Source: Gammaproteobacteria bacterium (GTDB taxonomy: Bacteria > Pseudomonadota > Gammaproteobacteria > CBDBNL01 > JAAOII01). From it: a stretch of DNA of 64,000 nucleotides. A model generated the notes under the pieces. It had not been told where the DNA came from, did not search any database, and saw only the letters and a list, made by a program, of their open reading frames with translations. Position numbers and translations under genes: made by a program. The stretch lies in contig OZ242372.1 in NCBI GenBank assembly GCA_965209035.1, positions 1,504,001 to 1,568,000 on the forward strand. The letters are read 5' to 3'. Positions 9,263-19,218 of the stretch are shown here, piece after piece. How positions within the stretch are numbered: position 1 is the first letter of the stretch; each line of letters starts with the position of its first letter.

Positions 9263-10686
9263 TTCCCGCCACGGAAAACTTTGTGCAATCCGCGGAAGCG
9301 GCGTTGAAGAACCGGAATCTTGCCGAGGCCCTGGCGCGCAGCGGCAGCGGGTTTATTGACAAACGCAGTCACGCCCTTGCCGAAATAGAAAATTTTGAGG
9401 AGTTGCGCGCCCGAGGTGCGGCGATTAAAGACAAGGTGTTGGATCGCCATGCGCATTATTTGTCGCGTTTCGAAGAACGCGCAATTGCCGGCGGAGCCAA
9501 GGTGCATTGGGCGAGAGACGGCTCGGAACTTAACCGGATTGTTTCGGGCATTTGCAAGAGACATGCGGCGAAGCGTATTATTAAAGGCAAGAGTATGGTC
9601 GCCGAGGAGTGCGGGCTTAACGAAGCGTTAATTCGCGACGGTTACTGGGTCACGGAGACCGACCTGGGCGAGTACATCATTCAACTGGCGGGTGAGACTC
9701 CCAGCCATATTGTTGCTCCGGCGGTGCATAAGACCAAAGAGGAGGTTTCCGATTTGTTTCTGCGCCACCATGATCTCGGCGAGCGTTCTTTGAAAACGCG
9801 TCCGGAAATGGTGAACGAGGCGCGCCGGGTCCTGCGCGATTCTTATCTTGAGGCGGATGTCGGCATTACGGGTGCCAATTTTTTGATAGCCGATATCGGC
9901 GGCATGATGTTGGTGACGAACGAGGGCAACGGCGACCTTTGTGCGCGGCTGCCGCGAGTTCATATCGCGATTGCCGGCATAGAAAAATTAGCCCCGAACT
10001 TGGAGGACGCTTTTTGTCTGCTGCGGTTATTGACCCGCAGTGCGACAGGCCAGCCGATCACTTCCTATGTCAGTATCCTGCGCGGGCCGGCCGCGGCCGA
10101 AGATGCGGACGGCCCGAGCGAACTGCACTATGTGTTGCTGGACGGCGGCCGCAGCGAGATTGCCGCAGGCCCCATGCGATCCGTGTTGCGTTGTATTCGT
10201 TGCGGTGCTTGTATGAATCATTGTCCGGTGTATACTTCCGTCGGCGGGCACGCATACGGTTGGGTGTATCCGGGTCCTTTGGGTGCGGTTCTGACACCCT
10301 TGCTGACGGACACACATGCGGCGCGTCATCTGCCAAACGTCTCCAGTTTTTGCGGAAGATGCGCGGAGGTCTGCCCGGTAAAAATTCCGCTGCCGGATCT
10401 GATGCGGCAACTGCGCGACTCGGATACCGACAAGGGCGGCTGGCTCCGGCGGATGGGAATGCGATTGTATATGCGGGCCGCCTTGCATCCCCGGCTGTTT
10501 CGTTTTCTTTCCCGCGGGTTGGCGGCGGTGTTGCGGATGGTTGCCGGCAAGCACAAACAACAACTTCCGTTTGGAGCGGCGGCCGGCTGGTTGTCGGTGC
10601 GCGATCTTCCCGCACCTCAATCCGAACGCGAACTTGCCGAGTTGCGTGCCGAAGTTGCCGATATGACCGGGGACGGCGGAAAATAA
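9259..10686 (+). CDS. lutB: L-lactate utilisation Fe-S protein LutB/LldF
   Basis: ETDLGEYIIQL, VTNEGN, CIRCGACMNHCP, CGRCAEVCPV. Confidence 0.93.
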   Translation: MIPATENFVQSAEAALKNRNLAEALARSGSGFIDKRSHALAEIENFEELRARGAAIKDKVLDRHAHYLSRFEERAIAGGAKVHWARDGSELNRIVSGICKRHAAKRIIKGKSMVAEECGLNEALIRDGYWVTETDLGEYIIQLAGETPSHIVAPAVHKTKEEVSDLFLRHHDLGERSLKTRPEMVNEARRVLRDSYLEADVGITGANFLIADIGGMMLVTNEGNGDLCARLPRVHIAIAGIEKLAPNLEDAFCLLRLLTRSATGQPITSYVSILRGPAAAEDADGPSELHYVLLDGGRSEIAAGPMRSVLRCIRCGACMNHCPVYTSVGGHAYGWVYPGPLGAVLTPLLTDTHAARHLPNVSSFCGRCAEVCPVKIPLPDLMRQLRDSDTDKGGWLRRMGMRLYMRAALHPRLFRFLSRGLAAVLRMVAGKHKQQLPFGAAAGWLSVRDLPAPQSERELAELRAEVADMTGDGGK

Positions 10687-10696
10687 TTTTAAGCAA

Positions 10697-11551
10697 ATGA
10701 AAGAAGCGCGCGCGGAAATTCTTGGAAAGTTGCGGTCAGCCAATTCGGCGGAGAATTTACCGCTGCCGGAGTTACGACCTTCTTATGCATTTATGCGCGG
10801 TCTGCCCGCCGGCGAGGAGTTGGTGCGACTTTTTGTGTCTCGCGCGGAAAAGGCGGGGGCGCGGGTTTTGTATGCCGAGCATATGCATGAAATTCCGATG
10901 GTGTTGAATGCTGTTTGGCAGCCCACTCGGAAGGCGGGCAATCACCGTGCGAGGCAGTCTTCCCGGTCTCCCGGCGGCGAAATGCTCCCGGTGAGTGCGG
11001 TATGTCCCCCGGCTGTGCAATCGGCAGAAACAACGAGGAAAACGGGGATAACAGGAACAACAGGGACAACAGAGGCAACAGGAACAACAGAAGCAAAGCA
11101 CTCTGTGAACGAAGAAAACGGCGCGACAAACCGGGAGCGGATGAAAGACATGAAAGGCAGGGAAGACATAACGGATGCATCCGGTATTGTCACCTTGCCC
11201 TGGAAGGATGCCGGATACGCCCTGTCTCCCTATGAACGAACAGGTAATATTCCGCGTGCGGTCGGCTTTGCCTTTGCCGGTTTGGCGGAGACTGGCAGTC
11301 TGGCGGTTGGGTCTTCTCCCGTTTCGCCGGCCGGTCTGTATTTTTTGGCGGACAGCCTGTGTGTTTTGTTGCGGCGCGGGAGTATTTTCCCGATGGCGGA
11401 GGACTTGATCCGGACGGGCTTGCCGCGGTCGTCTGTGATACATTTAATCACCGGTCCCTCGCGCACCGCCGACATAGAACAGACGACCGAAATCGGCGCA
11501 CACGGTCCGCGCGAACTGGTGATCGTGTTGTTTGGAAAGAGAGACAGTTGA
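10697..11551 (+). CDS. lutC: LutC/LldG (LUD domain) with low-complexity insert
   Basis: GLAETGS, ITGPSRTADIEQTTEIGAHGP. Confidence 0.88.
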   Translation: MKEARAEILGKLRSANSAENLPLPELRPSYAFMRGLPAGEELVRLFVSRAEKAGARVLYAEHMHEIPMVLNAVWQPTRKAGNHRARQSSRSPGGEMLPVSAVCPPAVQSAETTRKTGITGTTGTTEATGTTEAKHSVNEENGATNRERMKDMKGREDITDASGIVTLPWKDAGYALSPYERTGNIPRAVGFAFAGLAETGSLAVGSSPVSPAGLYFLADSLCVLLRRGSIFPMAEDLIRTGLPRSSVIHLITGPSRTADIEQTTEIGAHGPRELVIVLFGKRDS

Positions 11552-11558
11552 GCGTGAT

Positions 11559-12773
11559 ATGAATCAACAAAATAAACCACAAGATTCCAAAAGAAAGCCG
11601 AAGACATCGAAGATATCGAAGACATCGATGACAGCCGGGCAGGAAGGGCAGGAAGGGCAGAAAAGGCAGAAAGGACAAGAAAGGCAAAAAGGGCAGGAAG
11701 GGCAAAAAGAGGGACGCGCCAAAAAATCGATTCGCTATGCGGATGCGGGAGTGCATATCGGCAGGGCGAATCACTTTGTCCGTTTTTTGACGGACAGAAC
11801 AAGCGCTTGGGATCAAGAAGAAAGAGGGGTGATTGGCGGCATTGGAGGATTCGCCGCCTTAAGAGATATCTCCGACAAACTAAAAGGCATTAAAAAACAG
11901 GTTCTCGTGATGGCAACCGACGGGGTCGGCACCAAACTGGAACTTGCAAAAACGACCGAGCATCACAAGGCTATCGGAACGGACCTGGTTGCGATGTGTG
12001 TCAATGATTTAATTTGTAGCGGGGCGACGCCTTTGTTCTTTTTGGATTACTATGCAACGGGCAAATTAAATCTGACGCGCGCCAAGGCATTTGCGGAAGG
12101 ATTGTTGCGAGGATGCGAACAGTCGGGGTGTAGCCTGGTCGGCGGGGAGACAGCCGAAATGCCCGGCTTTTATCCGGATAACAAGTATGATGTGGCGGGG
12201 TTTTGTGTGGGGATTGCGGATGGCGACAAGTTGATCCGCCCGAGCGGCAAGGCGGGCGATGTCTTGATAGGGCTTCCATCCTCGGGAGTGCATGCGAACG
12301 GGTTTTCGTTGGTGCGCCGATTAATCCAAGAAAAGCGTCTGGCCTTGTCCGCCCGGGTTAAGGGGAATAACGGCAACCTGACAACTGTCAACAAGGCATT
12401 GATGGAGCCGACACGCATTTATGTGTCCGCCGTAAAAAAGGTCGCCGATCAATTTAACTTGTTGGGAATTGCACACATCACGGGCGGCGGGATTACCGGA
12501 AACCTTGCGCGTATCCTGCCGAAGGGTATCGGCGCGGATATTAAAAGAGATGTACTGAAGAAGTTACCGGCCGCGCCTCTTTTTGAGATGCTGCAAGGGG
12601 CATCCGGTCAGTCGGATGCGGAGATGCTGAAAACATTCAACTGCGGTGTCGGGATGATCTTGGTAGTACCCGCCACTAAGGAAAAATCTGTTTTGCAAGC
12701 TCTTACGGATTTGGGTGAGATGTCTCTTTCCATTGGGACCCTCTCTTCGGGAGGAAGAATCCGTCAAGTTTAA
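11559..12773 (+). CDS. purM: Phosphoribosylformylglycinamidine cyclo-ligase with N-terminal repeat extension
   Basis: YADAGV, TDGVGTK, AMCVNDL, GGETAEMPG, SSGVHANG, HITGGG, FNCGVG; ATG at 11559 preferred over TTG 11532. Confidence 0.95.
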   Translation: MNQQNKPQDSKRKPKTSKISKTSMTAGQEGQEGQKRQKGQERQKGQEGQKEGRAKKSIRYADAGVHIGRANHFVRFLTDRTSAWDQEERGVIGGIGGFAALRDISDKLKGIKKQVLVMATDGVGTKLELAKTTEHHKAIGTDLVAMCVNDLICSGATPLFFLDYYATGKLNLTRAKAFAEGLLRGCEQSGCSLVGGETAEMPGFYPDNKYDVAGFCVGIADGDKLIRPSGKAGDVLIGLPSSGVHANGFSLVRRLIQEKRLALSARVKGNNGNLTTVNKALMEPTRIYVSAVKKVADQFNLLGIAHITGGGITGNLARILPKGIGADIKRDVLKKLPAAPLFEMLQGASGQSDAEMLKTFNCGVGMILVVPATKEKSVLQALTDLGEMSLSIGTLSSGGRIRQV

Positions 12774-13012
12774 GAGGTCTTAAGAGATCTTTTAAGAGGC
12801 ATTAAAAAAAGAGAAAAGAGGCATTAAGAAAGATAAAAGATAAGAGTTGATAGCCGGAGGCACCTGCGGACTTTTGGCGGGATACTTATCGGTCTCGAAC
12901 AAGCGCGGGTTTCGGAAGTAGAATATACCCATATGTGACCAGTCGGAGACGATCGAAACTTTAACCAATAAAGAACCAGTGAAAGAGCAATAAAAAAACT
13001 AATGAAAAACTA

Positions 13013-13678
13013 ATGAAGAAAATATCCGTTTTGATTTCCGGGCGCGGTTCTAATATGTTGGCATTGCATGATGCCATTTGCCAAAAAGAAATTCCCGCCA
13101 AAATTTCCCGTGTCATCGCCGATAGGGAAAATACTCCCGGTATTGCCTTGGCACAAAAAGAGGGGCTGCCTTGCTCGGTTGTTGCAAGAAAGGCGTTTGC
13201 GTCCCGGGACGAGTTTGAAGAAGCACTGACACAAACCTTGGCGGAGGCACAACCCGATTTGATCGTCTTGGCGGGTTTTATGCGGCTTCTTTCGCGCGAA
13301 TTTGCGGAGTCTCACCCGAATATGATCAACATCCATCCCGCATTGCTTCCAAAGTATCGCGGGCTAAATACGCATGCCCGTGTTCTTGAAAGTGGCGACA
13401 GAGTGCACGGGGCGACCGTGCATTATGTGATCCCGGAATTGGATGCGGGCCCCATCCTGCTGCAAAAACGAATTCGGGTGCCGGAAGACGACGATGCCGA
13501 ATCTTTGGCTGCACGATTGTTGCCGTTTGAGCATCGTTGTTTGGTGCTTGCCGTTCGTTTGATCTGTGAAGATCAAGTTCAATATTTTCCGGGGGAAGGA
13601 CGGATTAAATTGAACGGAAAGCCTTTGGATGCGCGCGGGATTGTTTACGGACCGGATGAAGAAATAACATGGCAATAA
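13013..13678 (+). CDS. purN: Phosphoribosylglycinamide formyltransferase
   Basis: ISGRGSN, LAGFMRLL, INIHPALLP, HGATVH, LDAGPI; follows purM. Confidence 0.95.
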   Translation: MKKISVLISGRGSNMLALHDAICQKEIPAKISRVIADRENTPGIALAQKEGLPCSVVARKAFASRDEFEEALTQTLAEAQPDLIVLAGFMRLLSREFAESHPNMINIHPALLPKYRGLNTHARVLESGDRVHGATVHYVIPELDAGPILLQKRIRVPEDDDAESLAARLLPFEHRCLVLAVRLICEDQVQYFPGEGRIKLNGKPLDARGIVYGPDEEITWQ

Positions 13679-13691
13679 CAGGGCAAAAAAA

Positions 13692-14324
13692 ATGAAGCGT
13701 GTCTTTTTGGCATCCGGCAATCCGAACAAGTTACGCGAGATCAGAGAGATCATCCCGGATGTTACGGTGCTGTCTGTTCGGGAGCTGCCGCCGGCAACCG
13801 TTTTGAAGGAGCCGGCCGAAACAGCGTCCACCTTCGCCGAGAACGCGCTCATCAAAGCGCGTTGGGGTACGCGTCTGTCTTCCATGCCGTCGCTGGCGGA
13901 CGATTCCGGTTTGATTGTGCCGGCACTCGGGGGTGCGCCGGGGGTGCACTCGGCACGCTATGCGGGCGCAGATAAAGACGACAAGGCAAACTGTCAAAAA
14001 CTATTAAAAGAAATGCACAAAGCCGAGAGCAACATTGCCGTGTCGTCTTCCAAACAGGCGGATTTTTCCAAGGCATACTTTTATTGCGTTCTCGTGTTGC
14101 TGCGTCACCCGGAGGATCCCGCGCCCGTTATTTGCGGCGCGCGCTGGCGCGGCAGAATTGGCCGAGAGCCGAGAGGCGCGAACGGCTTTGGCTATGATCC
14201 GATTTTTCATCCCGATGAACATCCCGAAAAGACGGCGGCCGAATTACCCGCCGAAACGAAGAACAAACTCAGTCATCGCGCCCGTGCCCTCGCCAAACTT
14301 GCCGTGTTTCTTAAGAGCAATTAG
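13692..14324 (+). CDS. rdgB: Non-canonical purine NTP pyrophosphatase (Ham1)
   Basis: ASGNPNK, ADDSGL, PGVHSARY, GFGYDPIF, SHRARA. Confidence 0.93.
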   Translation: MKRVFLASGNPNKLREIREIIPDVTVLSVRELPPATVLKEPAETASTFAENALIKARWGTRLSSMPSLADDSGLIVPALGGAPGVHSARYAGADKDDKANCQKLLKEMHKAESNIAVSSSKQADFSKAYFYCVLVLLRHPEDPAPVICGARWRGRIGREPRGANGFGYDPIFHPDEHPEKTAAELPAETKNKLSHRARALAKLAVFLKSN

Positions 14325-14519
14325 CATCCCGCGAAGTTTCGGTGGCATGGGTATGATACATAGATGCATACATATATAGATAGATAGGGTTGGCGACGAG
14401 TCCTGTTGCCTATCGACGAATTGAGAGGTTAATCTTTGAACCGGCTCTCCCTGTTTGGTGCGGGGGGGGGGATTATACAACAGGGATGAATAGAGAGACA
14501 CACACTTTATAATAAAAAC

Positions 14520-15836
14520 ATGCGCGATAAACAGAGCCGGGAAGAACTCATTGGCTTTCCCGTAGATCCCACTTTCGGCACATCCATCGACCGGCGTGAC
14601 AGGACACGCCAAGGACGCTACTACACACCCCAACCATTGGCAGATCTTTGCTATGAGTTGCTTTTGCCGCATATGTCGCCCCGAACAATTGTACTGGACA
14701 GCTCCGCAGGCCACGGCTCTTTCGTCAGAGACGAATGGCTGTCTCATAGCATCCTTGCGGATATTGATTCGCAAGCCATTAGCAGATTGCAAGAACAATA
14801 TGCGGGTTGCCGTATGATACTGCGGGAAAATGCTCTTACCGATGTATCCCGGCAAAAGTACGGACTCTCCGCCGCTGACCATCTTGTCATTATTGGAAAT
14901 CCTCCGTATAACGACAGGACTTCCAAAAATAAACGAGAGCAGAAGGGGGATCAGTCGTTTCGGACGGATGCGGACATCCGCAAGCGCGATCTGGGGATGT
15001 CTTTTTTGCTGAGTTATGCCAAACTGCATGCGACCACAATTTGTGTCCTGCATCCGCTTTCCTACCTGATAAAACCCACAAATTTTGCCGCCCTGTCCGG
15101 TTTTTATCGCGATTATCGGCTGCATGACGGGGTTGTTTTTTCCAGCCGTATGTTCAACGGCACTCAGGGGACCGCTTTTCCAATCCTTGCGGCCTTGTAT
15201 CAAAGAGTCGCCGAAGGCGATGCGGGTATGCATTATGAACAGGTTCGCAATTTTCGGTTTAAGGTTTTGGGCGGTGAGCCGCAGCCGGAATTGGTGTGCG
15301 GGCATCTTGAAACCATAGACGGCTATATCCGCAAGTACCCCCCGCGTAAAACGGACAGACACGATTCGGACATAGGATTATATTTTTACAATTTCCGCGA
15401 TGCCAATTCCCTGTTCACTTCCGCCAACTGGACGGAAAGAACGGACTTTCAAAAGCATATCACTGTCCACCGGCGTGATTTTTATAAGTACGCCTACCTG
15501 AGTTGTTATAAACGATACTTCCCGCGTCATTATTTGTTCGGTAATTTTTCTCCTTTGGTGAAAAGGGACGACTTGGAAAGTTCCTCGTTTCTCAAGGCCG
15601 GCTGCATTTTGGATACGGCACTTAATCACCCCAAAGTTAAACGATTTCAAACAGACTCTTTCCGAAGATGGATAAAAGCGGAAGTCCGCAATCTCTTGAA
15701 GTCGGACAACACTTCCAAGAGTCAAAAAATTAAAAAAGATCTTTTGCGAGATGACAAAATTCCGGCGAATACTTACGAAGGCGAGATCAGAAATTACTTC
15801 CAACAAATGCTAACCGAAGTATCGGCAGTGGCATAG
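14520..15836 (+). CDS. Solitary N6-adenine DNA methyltransferase
   Basis: GRYYTP, LDSSAGHG (motif I), IIGNPPYN (motif IV); no adjacent nuclease. Confidence 0.85.
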   Translation: MRDKQSREELIGFPVDPTFGTSIDRRDRTRQGRYYTPQPLADLCYELLLPHMSPRTIVLDSSAGHGSFVRDEWLSHSILADIDSQAISRLQEQYAGCRMILRENALTDVSRQKYGLSAADHLVIIGNPPYNDRTSKNKREQKGDQSFRTDADIRKRDLGMSFLLSYAKLHATTICVLHPLSYLIKPTNFAALSGFYRDYRLHDGVVFSSRMFNGTQGTAFPILAALYQRVAEGDAGMHYEQVRNFRFKVLGGEPQPELVCGHLETIDGYIRKYPPRKTDRHDSDIGLYFYNFRDANSLFTSANWTERTDFQKHITVHRRDFYKYAYLSCYKRYFPRHYLFGNFSPLVKRDDLESSSFLKAGCILDTALNHPKVKRFQTDSFRRWIKAEVRNLLKSDNTSKSQKIKKDLLRDDKIPANTYEGEIRNYFQQMLTEVSAVA

Positions 15837-15880
15837 GGCCTGATATGGCTGCCGGCATGGCCGGCGGTTGTTTTATAGTT

Positions 15881-18532
15881 TTATACGCTTGGCGGCGGCG
15901 GCATTTGGACCCGGCTTTTAATAGGCCGCGGCTTTTCTTTGGTGATATTCCAATGGTTGTTTTGGTAATAGGCACGCCAGCCGGTATCTTTGTCGTCCTT
16001 GACGGATAAAAGATAAGTTTGCCGTTTTTTGCGACTGTAACGAATCTGGGTCGGGTTGCCGTCTTCGTCGGTTACGGGTGCTTCCGTCAGGTAGTGGAAC
16101 TTGTCCGCCAGTTGATCTTTGTAGGGCAGCAGTTCGCCAATCCAGAGAGTGCGCGCCTCGCGGCGTTTCGGGAAACCGGGTGCCGCCAAAAACAGTCCCA
16201 ACTGCCCTTCGCGCAGAATGTAATTTGCATCCGGGTACTTGACGCACGGGATCTCCGTCTGCACAGGCCGCATGACCGGCGGCGCGGGCATGCCGTTTTT
16301 TAGAAGTTTGCGCTTATTGTCGCATTTGTCGCAGGCATAGTATTTGCCGAACCTGCCGCTGAGCAGTTTCATTTCTCCGCCGCAGCGTTCGCACTCCAAG
16401 GTTTCTGTCTTCGGCATCAGTGCCGAGAAATCTCCTTGCTCTGTTTCTATGTTGTCGCAATCCGGGTTGTTTTCACAAATGAACAGTTTATTTTTGGCAT
16501 CCACCACATAACCCAGCATGGGTGCGCCGCATTTTTCGCATTGGCGATGTTCTTCGGGCGGTTGTTCCGGTAACTCGGTTTCTGTTTCGCTCGGTCCGGC
16601 CGGCACCCGTTCCGGCCCGCCTGCGGATTGCAAGTTAATCGTATGTCGGCATTGATTTTCCTTGTCCTCGTAACCGGTGCAGGCAACGAATATTCCCTGA
16701 CTGCTGTTGCGGATCACCGTGTCGCGGCCGCACTTGGGACAGGGCAAACCGGTCGGGATGGGGCGGTTTCTTTTCATTCCCGGGGCATCCTCCGTGTCGG
16801 CCTTCTCCAGCAGGTCTATAAACTCCGCATAAAAATTGTCGAGCAGTTTGTGCCAATTTTGTTCGCCTTCCGCGACGTCATCCAACTGCTCTTCCATCTT
16901 GGCGGTGAAGTCGTAATCCAGGATGTTCTCAAAATTGTGTTTCAGTCGGTCTGTGACGATCTCGGCAATCTTTTCGGCATAAAACCTTTTTTGATGCAGG
17001 TAAACATAGCCGCGCTCCTGAATCGTCGAGATGATGGGCGCGTAGGTTGAAGGACGACCAATGGAGCGTTTTTCCAGTTCGCGCACCAGAGACGCTTCGC
17101 CATAGCGCGGCGGCGGTTTGGTCCAATGTTGTTGTGGCAACAACTCCAGGATGCTGATTTCCTGACCCTCCCGTAAATCCGGCAGAATGTTGTCGGTCTC
17201 TTTGGTTGTCTGCCAAACTTTTAAGAAACCGTCAAATTCTTGTTTGCGCCCGTTTGCTTTTAATTGATAGTTGTTTGCTTCGGCGATAACCCGCATCGTC
17301 AGAAATTGGGCATCGCTCATCTGGCAAGCGACAAAGCGCCTGCGGATTAAATCATACAACTTCCTCTCGGTTTCGCCAAACTTGCCCGATAATTTTTCCC
17401 CCGCCAGGTTCGGACGAGTGGGACGAATCGCTTCGTGTGCCTGCTGTGCCGTTTGTTTTCCTCTTTTGTAGTAGCGTGTTGTTTCGGGCAGATACTTGTC
17501 GCCGAATGCCTTTTTGATGTATGCCCGACATGCTTTGAGTGAACCCGCGCTCATGTTAAATGAATCGGTACGCATATAGGTGATATGACCGGCTTCGTAC
17601 AGTTTTTGGGCCGCGATCATAGTGCGCTTGACGGTGAAGCCGAGCACAGAAGAAGCGCTTTGCTGCAAGGTGGATGTAATGAAGGGAGGCAGCGGGCGTT
17701 GGGCTTGTTTTTTGCGCATGACTTCGATGATTCGCGGCGAAGTATCTTTTAGGGCATCCACGGCGGCATCCGTTTCTTCCTTGGTCTTTGGCTTAAAAGA
17801 TTTCCCGTCTTTTTTGAAGACTTCCATTAGAAACGATTCGTTTTTGTTGGCTTCCACCCGGGCATTTAATTCCCAAAATTCTTCCGGAACAAACCGGCGA
17901 ATTTCTTTTTCGCGCTCCACAATCAGGCGAACCGCCACAGACTGCACACGCCCGGCGGAAAGGCCGCGCGCGATTTTTTTCCAGAGAAGGGGAGAGAGCA
18001 TATAACCGACAACCCGGTCCAGAAAACGGCGCGCCTGCTGTGCCGATACTTTGTTTTGGTCAATTTCTTCCGGCCGGGAGAAGGATTTTTCAATGGCATC
18101 TTTGGTTATTTCGGAGAAGGTGACTCGTTTGTATTGTCGTTTTTCTCCCAGTAGCTTGCTGAGATGCCAGGCAATCGCTTCGCCTTCGCGATCTTGGTCC
18201 GTTGCCAGATAGATAGCGGGAGCCTTGCTTGCCAATTTCTTGAGTTTGGCGATCACTTCCGTTTTGTTCGGCAGAACCCGGTAGTCCGCCAGCCATTTTT
18301 TATAGGGGTTTACGCCCATGGAGCGAATAATTTTTGCGTATTTTTCTCCTTCCGGCGGCACTTCCGGCATGCCTTCGTCTTTCTTGCGTGCTCGTCCGCC
18401 GCTGCCGGAGGTGGGGAGATCGCGCACATGCCCGATGCAAGAATGCACTTCATAGTTGTCGCCGAGGTACTGATTGATGGTTTTTGCCTTTGCCGGCGAT
18501 TCCACGATAACCAAAGATTTACTCATATACAA
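15881..18532 (-). CDS. topA: DNA topoisomerase I
   Basis: VIVESPAKAKTI, ATDQDREGE, SAGRVQS, ITYMRTD, C-terminal Zn ribbons. Confidence 0.97.
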   Translation of the reverse strand: MYMSKSLVIVESPAKAKTINQYLGDNYEVHSCIGHVRDLPTSGSGGRARKKDEGMPEVPPEGEKYAKIIRSMGVNPYKKWLADYRVLPNKTEVIAKLKKLASKAPAIYLATDQDREGEAIAWHLSKLLGEKRQYKRVTFSEITKDAIEKSFSRPEEIDQNKVSAQQARRFLDRVVGYMLSPLLWKKIARGLSAGRVQSVAVRLIVEREKEIRRFVPEEFWELNARVEANKNESFLMEVFKKDGKSFKPKTKEETDAAVDALKDTSPRIIEVMRKKQAQRPLPPFITSTLQQSASSVLGFTVKRTMIAAQKLYEAGHITYMRTDSFNMSAGSLKACRAYIKKAFGDKYLPETTRYYKRGKQTAQQAHEAIRPTRPNLAGEKLSGKFGETERKLYDLIRRRFVACQMSDAQFLTMRVIAEANNYQLKANGRKQEFDGFLKVWQTTKETDNILPDLREGQEISILELLPQQHWTKPPPRYGEASLVRELEKRSIGRPSTYAPIISTIQERGYVYLHQKRFYAEKIAEIVTDRLKHNFENILDYDFTAKMEEQLDDVAEGEQNWHKLLDNFYAEFIDLLEKADTEDAPGMKRNRPIPTGLPCPKCGRDTVIRNSSQGIFVACTGYEDKENQCRHTINLQSAGGPERVPAGPSETETELPEQPPEEHRQCEKCGAPMLGYVVDAKNKLFICENNPDCDNIETEQGDFSALMPKTETLECERCGGEMKLLSGRFGKYYACDKCDNKRKLLKNGMPAPPVMRPVQTEIPCVKYPDANYILREGQLGLFLAAPGFPKRREARTLWIGELLPYKDQLADKFHYLTEAPVTDEDGNPTQIRYSRKKRQTYLLSVKDDKDTGWRAYYQNNHWNITKEKPRPIKSRVQMPPPPSV

Positions 18533-18562
18533 AGAATAGGGTAATTGTTCTATTAATTCAAC

Positions 18563-19090
18563 TCATTTTACGGATTTTTTTGATGCGCGGCGAACGGACG
18601 GACGCATCACACTTTTCCAAAAGGCGCCGCCGTTGAATCGGCGAATGCCGTAATAGGCGAGAGCCATACCGCCGAAAGCAAGGACGGGAATGAGTTCGGC
18701 GCGAAGGTGCAACCATTCTCCTCCCAGAGCAAACAAAAGCAAACTGAGCAGAGGCAGCAGATAAAGACAACAGGCGGCCAACGGCAGGGCATGCGGCGAA
18801 AAGGACAAAATCAAGATGTCGCCTTTTTTGTATTGATGTGTTCCGTGTATTTCCAAGGGGAAGATTCTTTTTTTACCGGCAAACAGACGAAAGAGGTTAT
18901 TTTGTTGACAACCCCGTCCGGCGGCACAAACCGAGCAATCCGCACAGGACTCCGGCATCACATAAACGATGTCTCTGATGCCGCTTTTAATGCCATTTTG
19001 CGCGGACACCGCCGTTACCAGGACTCGCTCTTCCTCGCCCCCCCGGTTTTTAGATTCTGCCATTCGTTTTTTATTACTCACTTGACTCAC
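18563..19090 (-). CDS. SoxR-reducing system RseC/MucC family membrane protein
   Basis: SCADCSVCAAGRGC cysteine cluster followed by YLLPL and two TM helices. Confidence 0.7.
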   Translation of the reverse strand: MSQVSNKKRMAESKNRGGEEERVLVTAVSAQNGIKSGIRDIVYVMPESCADCSVCAAGRGCQQNNLFRLFAGKKRIFPLEIHGTHQYKKGDILILSFSPHALPLAACCLYLLPLLSLLLFALGGEWLHLRAELIPVLAFGGMALAYYGIRRFNGGAFWKSVMRPSVRRASKKSVK

Positions 19091-19218
19091 TTGCTTGTAT
19101 GCTGACTGAAATATTATTATAAGAAAGCAAGTAAAATCCTAACAAATATTGCCCGAATTTGCTTATTTTCGGATTTTTTTGTTTAACGACTTTCGCCGGG
19201 CAGTTTCGGAGGTTTTTT

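Noticed and set aside
12850-12965. Structured RNA between purM and purN
   Set aside because: No tRNA or riboswitch consensus and no convincing stem found by eye.
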